Source: Curvularia clavata (taxonomy: Eukaryota). From it: a DNA stretch of 64,000 bases. This document shows positions 48,500-61,030 of this stretch, one piece after another. The DNA is taken from assembly GCA_023920165.1 (NCBI GenBank), contig CP089274.1:4402001-4466000 (forward strand). Reading direction: 5' to 3'. The notes beneath the pieces were generated by a model. It saw only the letters and a list, made by a program, of their open reading frames with translations. It did not search any database and was not told the origin of the DNA. Each line of letters opens with the position of its first letter. Position 1 is the first letter of the stretch. The position numbers and the translations under genes were made by a program.

Positions 48500-51400
48500 A
48501 TGTCTACGCGACAAAAGTCCTTCTTTGATCAGGATCAGAAGCCCAAGGTATTTTGATGACCATATCTTTTTAACCAGAGGCACCTACTTATCCCACGCTC
48601 GTGTAGCACTATCGAGGCCAATGGAATCGCTCGCGCAACGGCGCGTTCCCCCACCCTCACCCTCAAAGTAATCAGAACCCTCCCGTGACGCGACAAGTAG
48701 TGACTGGCCCACCTATCATGCCTTCAACCCAGGCACGTACCAAGCTCAAGGCTTTTCAATTCATCGAGGGTGCACCATCTGTCGAAAGCATCAAGCAACG
48801 CGAGGCTGAAAAAGAGAACCTACGCGCTGCGTCAGGGAAAGTGCTCAAGCCGATAGGAACCCCAAAAGCGGATAGGACCACAAAGGATGCCGGAAATATG
48901 AACAAGACGCCCAAGATACCAACTGTTGCAGATTGTCCGCCACCGTCGACACCGGCCACCACGAGACTACCGCTGGCGGACCTTGTCGGTAACGTCGACG
49001 ATTCTTCAAGAAATGTGCCTCTGCCTACTGCCTCTCCAGAGGAGCAACTAATCTGGAGAGGATCGCAAGCAGTAAACACTCCCTTACCACGAAAGAACAA
49101 GAAGCGCGCTAGAAGCTCGTCGCCCGTTGGCCCGTCTCAAGAGGAGTCTAGGCTAGATCCGAACAGACCGGATATGACAACGCCTCAAGCGGATCCCGTC
49201 ATGGAACTTTGGTCTCGATACACAAACAACAAGGGAACACCATCCGCCAAAAAGAGCATTGCGTTTGCTCATCTCATCAACGAGTCATCGCCAAGATCTG
49301 CCGCCGCTGCTGGAAGCGTCAGTGGGCTTCGACGATGGGCGAGCTGCGGCGTCGAGTTTCCTGCGTCGACTAGAAAGAAGAGGAGGACACATGGTGTATT
49401 TCAGACTGAAAAGGAGGCCTCCGAAGACGTGTTTGCTGAGGCTCCTAGTTCAGATGGTGCGATGCTTGGTCAGCCCGCCAGGCCAAATCTCGCAAGCATG
49501 GTCCAGCGGATGAGAGAATGCGTTTCCAAATCTGAGATTCGTTCTTCCACGCAGTTGCCGTCGAGTTCATCACCGCTGCCTCAGGTTGGCAATCAAAATT
49601 CGTCTTCCGGCTCACCTGTTCAACGGCGTCTCCGGGAGCAAGATATGGGTACATCTGAGACTTTACAACACGAGTCACCATCTCTACTGGAAGAGCTCAA
49701 CGAAGAGGAGGAGCCTATAAACCCTCAGGAACCTGAATATGCTGAGCAAACTGAGCCTGCTCCGCCACAGGCGTCCCGAGATTCTTCCGAAGATTTTGGG
49801 GACGACGATTTCGATGCAGACATGGTAGACATCCTGGATACCTCTCAAGAAGTTGCCCAACCAGTCCACTCAAACAACCACGTCGCCCCACATCCTCAAC
49901 CTAGAAATGCGCATCCCCAACCACCGCAGGCTGCAGCGGCTCCTGCAAAGCTCGGAAGCGACGATGAATTCGGCATGGATGATGAGGATGATTTTGCTGC
50001 TGACCTGGAGCAAGTGGCATCATTGTATGACTCGAGGTCGTTAGATCCTCTGACGGCTGATTCGGCCCCTACAGCAGACAAGGGACCGCCTGCGGCTAGT
50101 GACACAGCACCAGCCACGGTGATTAATCTGACAGATGACGACGACGAATTCGACGACGACATTGACGCGGACGAATTTGCCGCTGCTGAAGTTGCTGCTA
50201 CACAAGCGCCAGCAAATACTGTATGTATAGCAAGGATGCGCCTTTCAGAGCCATGCTTACTCTCAAAGAGTCAACAGGATAATAGAGCGATTCAGCGCTA
50301 TCTCATCAAAAGGGTAGACGAAAGCTCCTATACGACAGACCGTGGCTACCAGATGCCCGAGAAAGTGAGTCGCACATTGAAAGTATCAGGCATAGTGACT
50401 AACATTCTCTAGGTACTCTTGGTTGAAGAAGAGAAGACAAAGCTATTCAAAGCCATCCACTTACGACAAGCTTGGTTTGACACGCCTTGTACGACTGACT
50501 CATTCGTGCATGTCATTGGAGAGTTCACGAGTACCGGGCAATGCGTTGTGGACGACCATAACAACATGCTTATCCTGCATCCGGATCATTTGATCTCTTC
50601 AACTGTAGTTGCAGATTCTTTTGGTTGCCTTCGGCGAGCAGTGCTACAGGATCGTGTCAAGGCGACGAGCAGCGCCAACGCACCCATGTTGTACGGAACG
50701 CTTCTGCATGAGTTATTCCAAGAAGCTATGAAGGTGAACAATTGGGACACGACCTTCCTTTTGGACACTATCGAAAAACTCTTACCGAGACACTTGGAGA
50801 GTGTACTCGAAATCAACTCGACATGTGAAGCTGTGAAGGAGCATATGAGCAGTAAGCTACCCGAGCTACAGGCTTGGGCTAAGCTTTTCGTCCGCGCAGA
50901 GCCCCTGGCTGATGCTATTGTTCGAGAGAGAAACGGGCGACAGTGTACCATGAGCATCAACAAACTACTCGACGTCGAGGAGCATGTTTGGTCACCTATG
51001 TACGGCTTGAAAGGTAATATCGATGCTACTGTTCAAGTCACGATGCGGGATGACCAGGGTGAGCGGACCCTGACCGTGCCGTTCGAGGTCAAGACCGGCA
51101 AGAACTCGTCGAATGCAGCCCACGTTGCGCAAACCGCATTGTATAACCTATTGTTATCAAATCGATATGGTATGTTCGTCTGTGCTCCCACATACTCTGG
51201 CTAACCCGAACAGATGTTGATATTGCATACGGTATCCTGTACTACCTGGAAACCTCTGATATTAGTCGTATTCCTGCTATCCGAAACGACATCATTCACA
51301 TGATTATCAAACGCAACGAACTGGCTTGCTATGTTCGAGATCGGATCGAACTTCCACCGGTGCTGAAAGAAGACTTCAAGTGCCAGAAATGCTACGCACA

Positions 51401-53849
51401 GGAAGCGTGTTTCCTCTATCACAATCTTGTTGAAGACGGCAACGGCGACATGCTGAACAAAAAGGCAAAAGAGCGATACGATGAGCTTGTCGCACCTCTC
51501 CAACCTTCTCATCGAGAATTTATGAAGAAGTGGGACACACTTTTGACCAAAGAGGAGACAGACATGATGAAGTTTCGGCGAGAACTGTGGACTATGCTTA
51601 GTACGGAGCGTGAGAAGCTAGGTCGCTGCTTTTCCAACGTCATACTGGAGCCTGGATCTGGATTTGAGGAGAAGAACGGCCAAAAGATCAATCGCTTCAA
51701 CTACACATTCATAAAACAGAAGGCAACCCCTGGATTCTCTTTCACCGAGTCGCAGCTTATTGTCGGAGAACCCATTGTCGTTTCTGATGAGCAAGGCCAT
51801 TTTGCACTAGCCAACGGGTATGTGACGAATGTCAACAAGCGTCGCATCACCGTTGCTGTTGACAGGAGGCTACATAACTCTCGCAACAGGCTCCCAGGTT
51901 TCAACTCGCAAAGAAACCAGACCTTTTCCGGTATTATGGAAGTTACCAAAGAAGGGGAAACGGTCGCCAAGTATGAAACCGACGAGGAGCCAGTCTTGTA
52001 TCGACTGGACAAGGACGAATTTAGCAACGGCATGGCGGCGGCTCGCAACAACCTCATTCAAATTATGGACAACAACGTCCACAAGGCTCACGATCTGCGA
52101 GCCTTGATTGTGGATGGCCGAGCGCCAGCATTCAAGTCTATTAAAGATACACCTCCCATGCCTGAGTCGTCTCAAATGTCCATGAACTCCGATCAGAGGG
52201 CTGCTGTTTCAAAAGTCATGTGTGCGAAAGACTATGCACTAGTGTTGGGTATGCCAGGAACAGGAAAGACAACTACAATAGCGCATATCATCCGAACGCT
52301 TGTTGCCCAAGGAAAGAGTGTCCTTTTGACTTCTTATACACACACTGCTGTCGACAATATTCTTCTCAAATTCCGAGATGACAAGATTGGTATACTGCGG
52401 CTTGGTGCCTCGAAGAAGATACACCCCGAAGTGAGAGAATTTGCTACTCTTGCAGCAGAACCAAAGGAAAGTGTTGAAGAACTCGAGAGATCATGGATGC
52501 AGCCTCCGGTCGTGGCTACTACTTGTTTGACCATCAATCATCCTATCTTCAGCCGCCGTGTCTTTGACTACTGCATCGTCGATGAAGCGTCTCAAATCAC
52601 ACTACCAGTATGTCTTGGCCCAATCCGCATGGCCCAGAAATTCATTCTAGTTGGTGACCACTACCAATTACCTCCGTTGGTACAGAACAAAGAAGCCATG
52701 GAAGGTGGGCTCGATGTTTCACTTTTCAAGCTCCTTTGTGAAGCTCATCCACAAGCGGTTGTCAGTCTCGAGCACCAATATCGCATGTGTGCTGATGTCA
52801 TGCTTCTATCTAACACCTTCATCTACTCGGGACGATTAAAATGTGGCACACCCGCTGTGGCCGCTCGCACCTTGAAGCTCCCCAAACCCAACGGTCTTGC
52901 GGCCTATCATCATAGTCTACAACAGTCTCGGTCTAGTGCTGTGCAAGCTTGCGCAGGCCCTGACACTGTCAATTGCTGGCTTTCACATTCTCTGTCACCT
53001 GACAGACCTGTGGTCTTTATCAACACGGACCAAATCTCTCCAGCTCTTGAAACTCAAGCTGGATCTCGTATAACTAACGCGCTTGAGGCACGCCTCGTTA
53101 GCCAGCTCACAGTATCATTGCTCAGTCTTGGTGTCACTGTTGACGAGATTGGCATCATCGCTTTCTATCGCTCACAGCTCGCTCTTCTGAGACAAGGGCT
53201 GTCTACTGCGTACACGCAGACCCAGTCATCGGAACTCGCTGCGCCCGTGATTAGCGGGCAAGGCTGCGCGGGTGTTGAACTTCATACTGCCGACAAGTTC
53301 CAAGGTCGTGATAAGGAAGTCGTCATTGTTTCTTGCGTGCGCAGCAATCAAAATGGCGTCGTTGGCGACTTGCTTAAAGACCGAAGGCGTATCAACGTTG
53401 CTTTGACACGTGCTCGATCCAAACTCATCATACTCGGTAGTGAAAAGACCCTTTCAAGCAACGAATTGCTGCGCGATATGGTTGCTCTGTGTCGAGAAAA
53501 AGACTGGGTTCTTGACCTTCAGTCCGAAATGGTGGATTCGCATGCGTTTGAGGAAGCCACCACACAAACTAGCAAAACGCCAGTCCGCCCATCGCACTCC
53601 CACATTTCGCATACTGCAGCAAGCCGAGCATTCACGCCTAGTCCGTCCAAAAAGCGCAAAGTGCTCAGTGATCTTACGAGCACCCCGTGCAAGGTCAATT
53701 CGAGGAGCCCGAAGGGACGAGTGACAAGCAAGAGTGGAAGTTGCAGCCCCGAAGCGAAAAAAGTGCCAGCTAAAGTCTTCACGGCTGGGAAACGGGGCAT
53801 CCTCGATGGAAGACCAATACTGCGAGATGTCTATAATGAGGCCATCTAG
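48500..53849 (+). CDS. DNA2: DNA replication ATP-dependent helicase/nuclease Dna2
   Basis: Exons about 48500-48547, 48607-50220, 50278-50364, 50413-51169, 51214-53849. LHPD.LISST.VADSF.C.RRAVL, EEHVWSPMYGLKGNIDAT, CxxCxxxxxC Fe-S cysteines, GMPGTGKTT, DEASQ, GDHYQLPP, TADKFQG, RINVALTRA. Confidence 0.96.
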
Positions 53850-54747
53850 CACTTGCCTGGAGTCCGTCGGCTGCAAAATGATTGATATGTGGATGGAACG
53901 TTGACATTGCTTGACATTGCTTATTTCTAGGGCGTATTGGGAGAAAGGAACAGGACAATAAGAGGGCACACCTCGATGTAGGATATATAGGGTTATTTGG
54001 ATATTTTGTTAGCGTAGTATACCTTGGGCTTGGTGCAGATACAATTGAATGAACTGAACGATATGAAATGGCCTTTTTGCTTGGATCTCTACTCGTACTT
54101 GTTCTCTATGTTGCTTGTAGTGATTATTGCTATACATTAAGCTATACAATTAGCACGAACATGGTCAAAGTCATCGTCTTGGGTGTTCGTCATCGGCGTT
54201 GCTGAAAAAGAAGCTACGTAGGTACTTGAGCCACTAGTTCAGGTTCACAGCTGCGAAAGCTTAGAGCCTCAGCGCGATGAACTCTTGTTTGAACAGACGT
54301 CCTACCACAGAAAAGTCGAGTTACAACTTTTCACGATGATTACTATAGTCTCTTCAAGGGTACATACGGGTGGGCCGGCTTTCGTTCATTCAGTATTGTA
54401 ATGTGTTTGGTAGTTGCTCAACGACACATACGGATACACACTCCACAGTGCGATTAGCATCTCGGTAGCTTGTTGTTGATTTTAATTTCATGGTATGCCT
54501 TGCGGAATCTGCTGTGCAATGGCAGCTACTCGTGAAGACCATTGTGATGTGAGACTGTGTGCGCTCACTGGAGAGTAGCGTTGCAAATGAAAGCACTGAA
54601 TATTTACGCAGCCACGTTGGGAGAAGGATATAGGCGTGCCGATCGTGTTTGTCTGTTCATAAGCTAGCTAAACAGTGCCGTGAAATCAGGATTGGGTGCA
54701 ATATAGGCTGTCGTCACGAGCAGGCGCCAGCTGCGTTTGCTCGCGGT

Positions 54748-55796
54748 CACCATCCTTGTGAGAAAACTTCCGTTGATGGAAGGTATCGTGTCCGTTCTTC
54801 ATGTATTCGGTTTCTTTGCCTTCATCACCGTACTATGGGTTATGGGCCCATGCTCCGACAACGATATGTGGACAAAATTTGAAGATCCTAGCGGTTGGGG
54901 CAGTACCAGCCTTGCGACACTTGTTGGTATCCTTGCTCCTATCCTTACTCTAGGAGGCGTCGATTTGGCTATACAACTTGCCGAGGAAGTGAGGGATGTG
55001 GCATACGTTTCCCCTTTAGAGCCATGGCAATGACGTCGGTGGTGAACTATTCTTTAGCCTTTGCCATGACAGTCACAGACTTCTCCACGCTAGGCAACGA
55101 TCTTTCACCAATTCTCTCCACTCCGCTTGGTCAGCCATGGATTCAAATCTTCTTGAATGTAACCGGATCGAAGACAGCAACGAAAATTTTGACAATGGCC
55201 ATTTGGATACTTCTTTTGTTCTGTTCGGTCAATCAAGTAACCGCCACATCATGTTAACTTTGGTCCTTTGCACGTAATGAAGGGCTGCCATTTTCTACAT
55301 GGCTGGCTTATGTACGAGGGTCTTCGATTCCGGAGAGACCCCAGGCTAACAAACCTTATAGGTACCTCCAGGTTGGGACATCCCCATCAACTCGGTGACA
55401 GTCACGTTCATCATCACATCGTTGCTGTGTCTGATCGTTGTCGGTTCGACGGTTGCTTTCAACATCATGGTCTCGCTGTCAGCTATTACAATTTCTGTTC
55501 CCAACCTTATTTTTATCAGCTGCATATTCAGAAAGCGCCTTCATGGCGAACCCCTTCTTCCGTCTCGCTTTGACTTAGGAAATGCAGGTCTCACCGTTAA
55601 TGCCATAGCTCTATGTAAGCTCATCATGGCATTGATTTTTATCGCCTTCCCATCAGTACTGGACCCGTCTCAAATAGAGATGAAATGGTCGAGCCTCATG
55701 TTTGGTAGTTTTGTCGTGTTCGCAATGGGCTACTATTATGTCTTCGGTAGACACAATTACAAGGGTCCTGTCGAGTATGTCAGGAAGCAAACCTAA
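54748..55796 (+). pseudogene. 5'-truncated, disrupted amino acid/choline (APC/GABA) permease
   Basis: Permease motifs (RKLP..EG, GW.S, L.EEV.D, QLWSFAR..GLPFS.W, PINS, IGST.AFN, Y.GPV). No recognisable N-terminal part, a frameshift near 55010 and an in-frame TAA at 55255-55257. Confidence 0.85.
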
Positions 55797-56260
55797 GGGA
55801 GCCAATGAAATTGTTTAGTTTACAGAATGCATGGGCGGATGCACTAGCCGACTGGCTTTGGCTTTGGCTTTGGCTGCTCTCAGCGACATCCCTGTACATC
55901 TGCAGTATCTGCGCTAGGTGTTGATAGGTCAACCTTAGATTCCGGTGTTGGTGGCTTTCATGGTCTTCTGCGATAGGCTCAGATAGCGCTCAGCTCGCTC
56001 AGGCTGCAGCTGAAACATCTCCTTTTGCCCATCTTATCTATACTCTGTGTGACTTTTGCCATACGTTTTCCACACTGCTCCTACATCAACTCTCTGATCT
56101 CACTTCTAAGATCGTTTGGTAGATAGGGGCAACTCTTTTCTAGCGAGATTGCCTATCTAATCGCTTCTGACGCGTACCTTGCACACCTTTAGTGATTTTA
56201 AACAGAATCAGCATTTGCTTGGCCCAGAGTTCTATGAGCTACAGATTGATTAGTGCGATA

Positions 56261-59200
56261 ATGTCAGGTCATCAAGAGACACCAGCCTTGCCGCCTCTAG
56301 TTGCAGAGAGTGAGGGTCGCCGCTCAATACTAACAGAAACTCAACGGTTTCCAGCAAGCCAGCCCGACATAGTAGACATTGGGATAACAACTCTCTGGCC
56401 CCCGCAAGATGAATCGGTGGTTGAAGCAAGCATCGAAGCGGACGTTTGCTTCGTTCATGGCCTTGGTGGGAATCCATTTACCACTTGGCAATGCAAACCC
56501 GGTGACGTGGGGTCAGAGAACAAAAGAGACGAAGGAGGCTCAGACAAGAAAAGCACCCTGTTTCGCACTATACAGCTCTTCAGCTGCTTTGGGAAACGCT
56601 ACAAAGAGAACGGCTCTGCAGAGACAAACGTGTCCTGCTTTTGGCCTTTCGACTTCCTTCCAAGGGACTTTGACACCGTCCGAATTTTCACATATGGATA
56701 TGACTCGAGCCCTACTCACTGGTATAAAGGCGCGACAACACAGATGACAATCGACCAACATACCCAGACTATGCTCCAGAAGATCAGCGATCACAGGGTA
56801 CACTGCCCTACTAGGCCTATCATTTTTGTCGCCCACAGCTTGGGCGGCATTCTTGTCAAGAACATGATCATCGAGTCGCGCAAATATGCAGAATTGGACG
56901 GCAACTCAATGCTGTTCGACATAGCCCGGTCTTGTCACGCGATTATCTTTTTTGGAACTCCTCACCGAGGGGCCAGCTCTGCAGAACTTGGTAGCATGGT
57001 GGCGAACGTAGTCGGAGTGCTTCCCGCAGGTCCATCAGTCTACAAGGGCATCCTTCGAAATCTCGAACCCGACAGCGAAAAGCTTGTATCGATCATGAAG
57101 GATTTCAATGATATCTTGACGAGGAACGTGCCAGCTTCCGAGAAAATTCAAATTTACAGCTTTCAAGAAGGCAAAGGCTATAGTAGGATTACCATATTTG
57201 ATCACAAGGTACTTTTGTCGTGGCATTTGAAGTGTCTTGCATCTGACTTGTCTCTACACAGGTTGTCCCCGATGGGTCTTCTATATTCAATATCGGTCGA
57301 GGAATTGAGAGAAGTTCCTTCATTCCCTCAAACCATATGGACATGTGCCGTTTCAAATCCCAAAAAGACTCCGGTTATGTTGATTTCAAGGCTGCTTTGA
57401 CCAGTTATCTCAGATCGATAGCTGAGAAGAAGAAGGTGGTTAAGGCCCAAAGGGAGCAAGAGAGAAGTGTGCAAGGTCCGTTGAGCGGGTGATGAACAGT
57501 CCGCGCGCCCCGTGTCTGTCGTCATACAGTACGTACTGACTTATTGCTCTAGATGTACTTAGTGGTTTGGATTTTCATGAGCGCGTAATTAGAAACCAAC
57601 AACTTGCAGAAATTCAAGCGAAAAATGAGACCTTTGAATGGATCTGGAATTCTGAGTTTAAGTCTTGGCTGCAATCAAATGCGCCTCTCTTTTGGATATC
57701 CGGCAAACCAGCTAGCGGAAAGTCAACATTGATGCACCATTTGTCAAGCAACCAAAAAGTCTCGGAGCTTCTGACGTCTTCGACGAATAAAAGTTGGGCT
57801 ATTGTGTATCACTTTTTCGACTTCCGCGCTGGTGCTGGCCTACGGAACAATTTCGACGGATTCATGCGGTCCTTGGTGCTGCAACTATGCTTACGTTTCG
57901 AGGAATGCAGAACTAGGCTCGGTAGTCAGTTCAAGGTGTCAGTTTCAGACCTGGAGTCTCAGCGATGGTCTAAAACAGATCTTCAGTCAGCACTTGAGAC
58001 TGTTCTCCAAGCTACGTCATCTCCGATCTTCCTTCTAGTCGACGGCCTCGATGAATTCGAAGGAGACAAATATCAGCTTTGTACCACTCTCAAGAAAATC
58101 TCATTACGAACGAAAGTCTGTATTGCGAGTCGCCCTGACCCCCCCTATCCTGATGCTTTTCAAAACGTCCCTACTATTAAGATGGATAGATTGAACGGAC
58201 CAGGCATCTTTTCCTTCGTTAACGACACGCTCGAGGGATTCTGGACACCAACCGATACTACTAATCGCCAAAAACTCCGTACTATCGCTGAAGATATCAG
58301 CATCCGGGCGAAAGGAGTCTTCTTGTGGGCACGTTTTGCAGTTACTGAAGTATTGCACGGTCAGACGCGTGGTGAAGAACCAGCTGATCTGCAGCAAAGG
58401 TTGAGCCAAGTTCCGGACGAGCTGAAAGATATCTACAGGCGTATTTTCCAGCGACGGACGCCAACAGAGAAAGCAATGACTAGCCGAGTCCTGCTTCTCA
58501 TCCTTCATGCGCGGGAAACGCTCACAATAGGGCAAATCTGCATCGCACTACTGTTGACCACAACACCCAAGAAAGAAGTTTACTCTCAACCACTGGCCTT
58601 GCCAGAACTTGCCTCCTACCAGAACTTTCGCAAGAAAGTATTGGTAAGCGCTGGCGGGGTTCTGGAGACCCTAGAAACTGGGAAAACCCAATCAGAAAAG
58701 AACGCTCCGTACGAGACCGTTGTGATCATACACAGAACTGTAGAATCCTACTTACAGCAGGGCGGTTGGAAGGATTTAGATGCTAATGAAACTGACATCT
58801 ACCGCCCACATTATCTCATAATGCGGGCTTGCGTAGGAGCCCTGCAGGAGAAACGTGCGGAGATTAACTCTGGAGTTTTGCTTGACAGACTTTTATCCCG
58901 CCCATCGTCTGCAGCGTCTCGAGAGTCAGACATCCGGTCAATCCCAGTAGAAAGAAACCCTTTCTACAAATCATTCAGAGCGTGCTTCAAAAAGCATCGT
59001 CAGGAGCCAACGGGTCCGTTCTATGATCTTTTCGCTTATGCTGTCATGTTTCTTCCAGAACACGCCGAGGGTTTTGAAGAAACTGGGTCTTCTTCTTACC
59101 CATATATTAAAGATGTGCTTTCCAATGCATATGCGGATGCTCACGAGTTCGCTTGGAGCGATAGGACATGTCATTATTGCGGTTGGGGGAATGGCTCTGA

Positions 59201-60098
59201 AGTCAATGGGTGTGTCGATCCCGCACTCTGTCTCGCGATATTTCATGGAATCGGGCGCTTCGTCGAAGAAAGTCTCACTCCAGAAAACTCAAAGATGTGG
59301 GGATACCTTGAGAGGCGAGTTTCTAATAGCTCACAACATCCTCTGTGGAGATACCTCAAAACGCGTATCGTTTACAATTCACAGCGGTCGGCAAACATGA
59401 TCCCACGCCATGAACTTCTGCGTCCTAGCCGCGTCCCGGACAATGTTGGGCTTACAGTTGTGGCAGTTCACGCCGCCAGCCGACTGGGACGAACAGCCAT
59501 CCTCAAAACCTGTCTGGCATATGACCCTTTTGTTGAAGACAGCGTCTTCCGGCGCGCTCTCATAGATGCTCCGCTCGAGGCTGTTCAAATTCTTTTAGAC
59601 CATGGGAAAACTACTAGCCTGCAACTTGTATTTAAGTCGCGCGTTGATCTTGGCTTTTATGACTTCGAGGACGAAGAGCTGAAGAGACCCGTTTGTTTCC
59701 GTCCACTCTGGGATGTTGCGAAGCGCGACGAGATGCCCGGTATAGAAGAGTTGATAGACACTTTTTTACGGCGAGGTGAAGAGATCAATGGCCAATGTGG
59801 GCCTGGAGGAACAGCTATTCACAGCTTCTTCAGAAACGCAGCATATTGCCACAGGTATGAAAGAACAGTTCTTGAGGCATTCCTACGCAAAGGGGCGGAC
59901 ATTAATGCTATCGGGCCGTATGGTACCCCGTTGGAATATCTTTGGATGCTCACAAGAAATGTATCGCCGCGTCTTAAGACGAAGTACAAGAGAAAGATTA
60001 GATTGGCGATCGACGGTCTGATTGAACTTGGAGGAGTGAATTGTAAGAAAGATCCAAACGGGCGTATTCCCACTGTAGAAGAGATGAGAGCTTGGTGA
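56261..60098 (+). CDS. NLR-like protein: SesB-like alpha/beta hydrolase - NACHT - ankyrin-like repeats
   Basis: Exons 56261-57208, 57262-57475, 57553-60098 join in frame. VCFVHGLGG, RIFTYGYDS, RPIIFVAHSLGG, FFGTPHRG, NHMDMCRF; WISGKPASGKST, LLVDGLDE, GVFLWA; C-terminal G.DIN..G..GTPL ankyrin-like units. The start may be 56234. Confidence 0.88.
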
Positions 60099-61030
60099 GA
60101 AACGAGTTTTATACAGGGTTAGGCTGAGCATACTAGTGTTATGATCCTGACAACAAGTGATCCTTAAAGAATACCGTTATGAAATTCCATTGATTACGCC
60201 CTGATCGGAGTTAGCAGTTCAGAGGATCTCTCCTACAACTAGTAAACCCAAAAATCAGAACGAGCTGACCTAATGTCAATCCAAGCGTGCCTGGACACAT
60301 GGTGTAACGAGACGCTTTTCTTTTCGGGTGCTCAAATTCTGCGTATCATGCCTATAAATTGATACATCTAGCGCACATCCATCTCATAAGTCCTGTTCTT
60401 GCATCATATCGTACTCCAGAGATGAGAAAAGGACTCCTCGACCATACTGTCACCCGTCATTCTAGCATTGTTAAGTAGCGCTCCTCTAACACCCCCTTGC
60501 TCTATCGCGGCGATGCACGTGGAACGAATAGCTCGGTGGGTTACGAACCAAGACAAGATAGCAAAAATTAGCACTGAAACTTCAGGAAGTCGAGTTAAAG
60601 TGTAGACTGCGCATACCGGCAGTTTCGCCGTGCAGATGGCAAGATCGCGAAACCTTGTCTGACCGGCTGTGTGTGTTCACAAGGTCTAGCATGTAATAGC
60701 CTGTGGTAGCCTGCAGTAGCCTGCTGTGGTTTGTGCGCATTGTATGTAAGGTATTGAGCGCTACGCCTCAAACACTGTCTTGTTAGACTAAGACTATGGC
60801 ACGTGCCATTAGCTCTGAAAGGCTTCTCCCAAGAACCAGTTAGGGACAGCTCCAACGTTGTATGCTTAATTTTGAAAACATTCAGTAATACAGCTAAGCT
60901 GGTACCTTCTCTAGTCTTTTGAGTGACTGTATCTAGGATATATATACTTGTGCATCCTCATCCCTTCTATAGAATAAAGCGCGAAAAAAAGAGAAGAGAA
61001 GATACCCCACTAAAAGGAATGCGCCTGAGG

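Noticed and set aside
60099..61030. Searched for a small amyloid-motif effector gene (HET-s, sigma or PP type) between the NLRs
   Set aside because: No credible ORF or N/G/Q pseudo-repeat motif seen.
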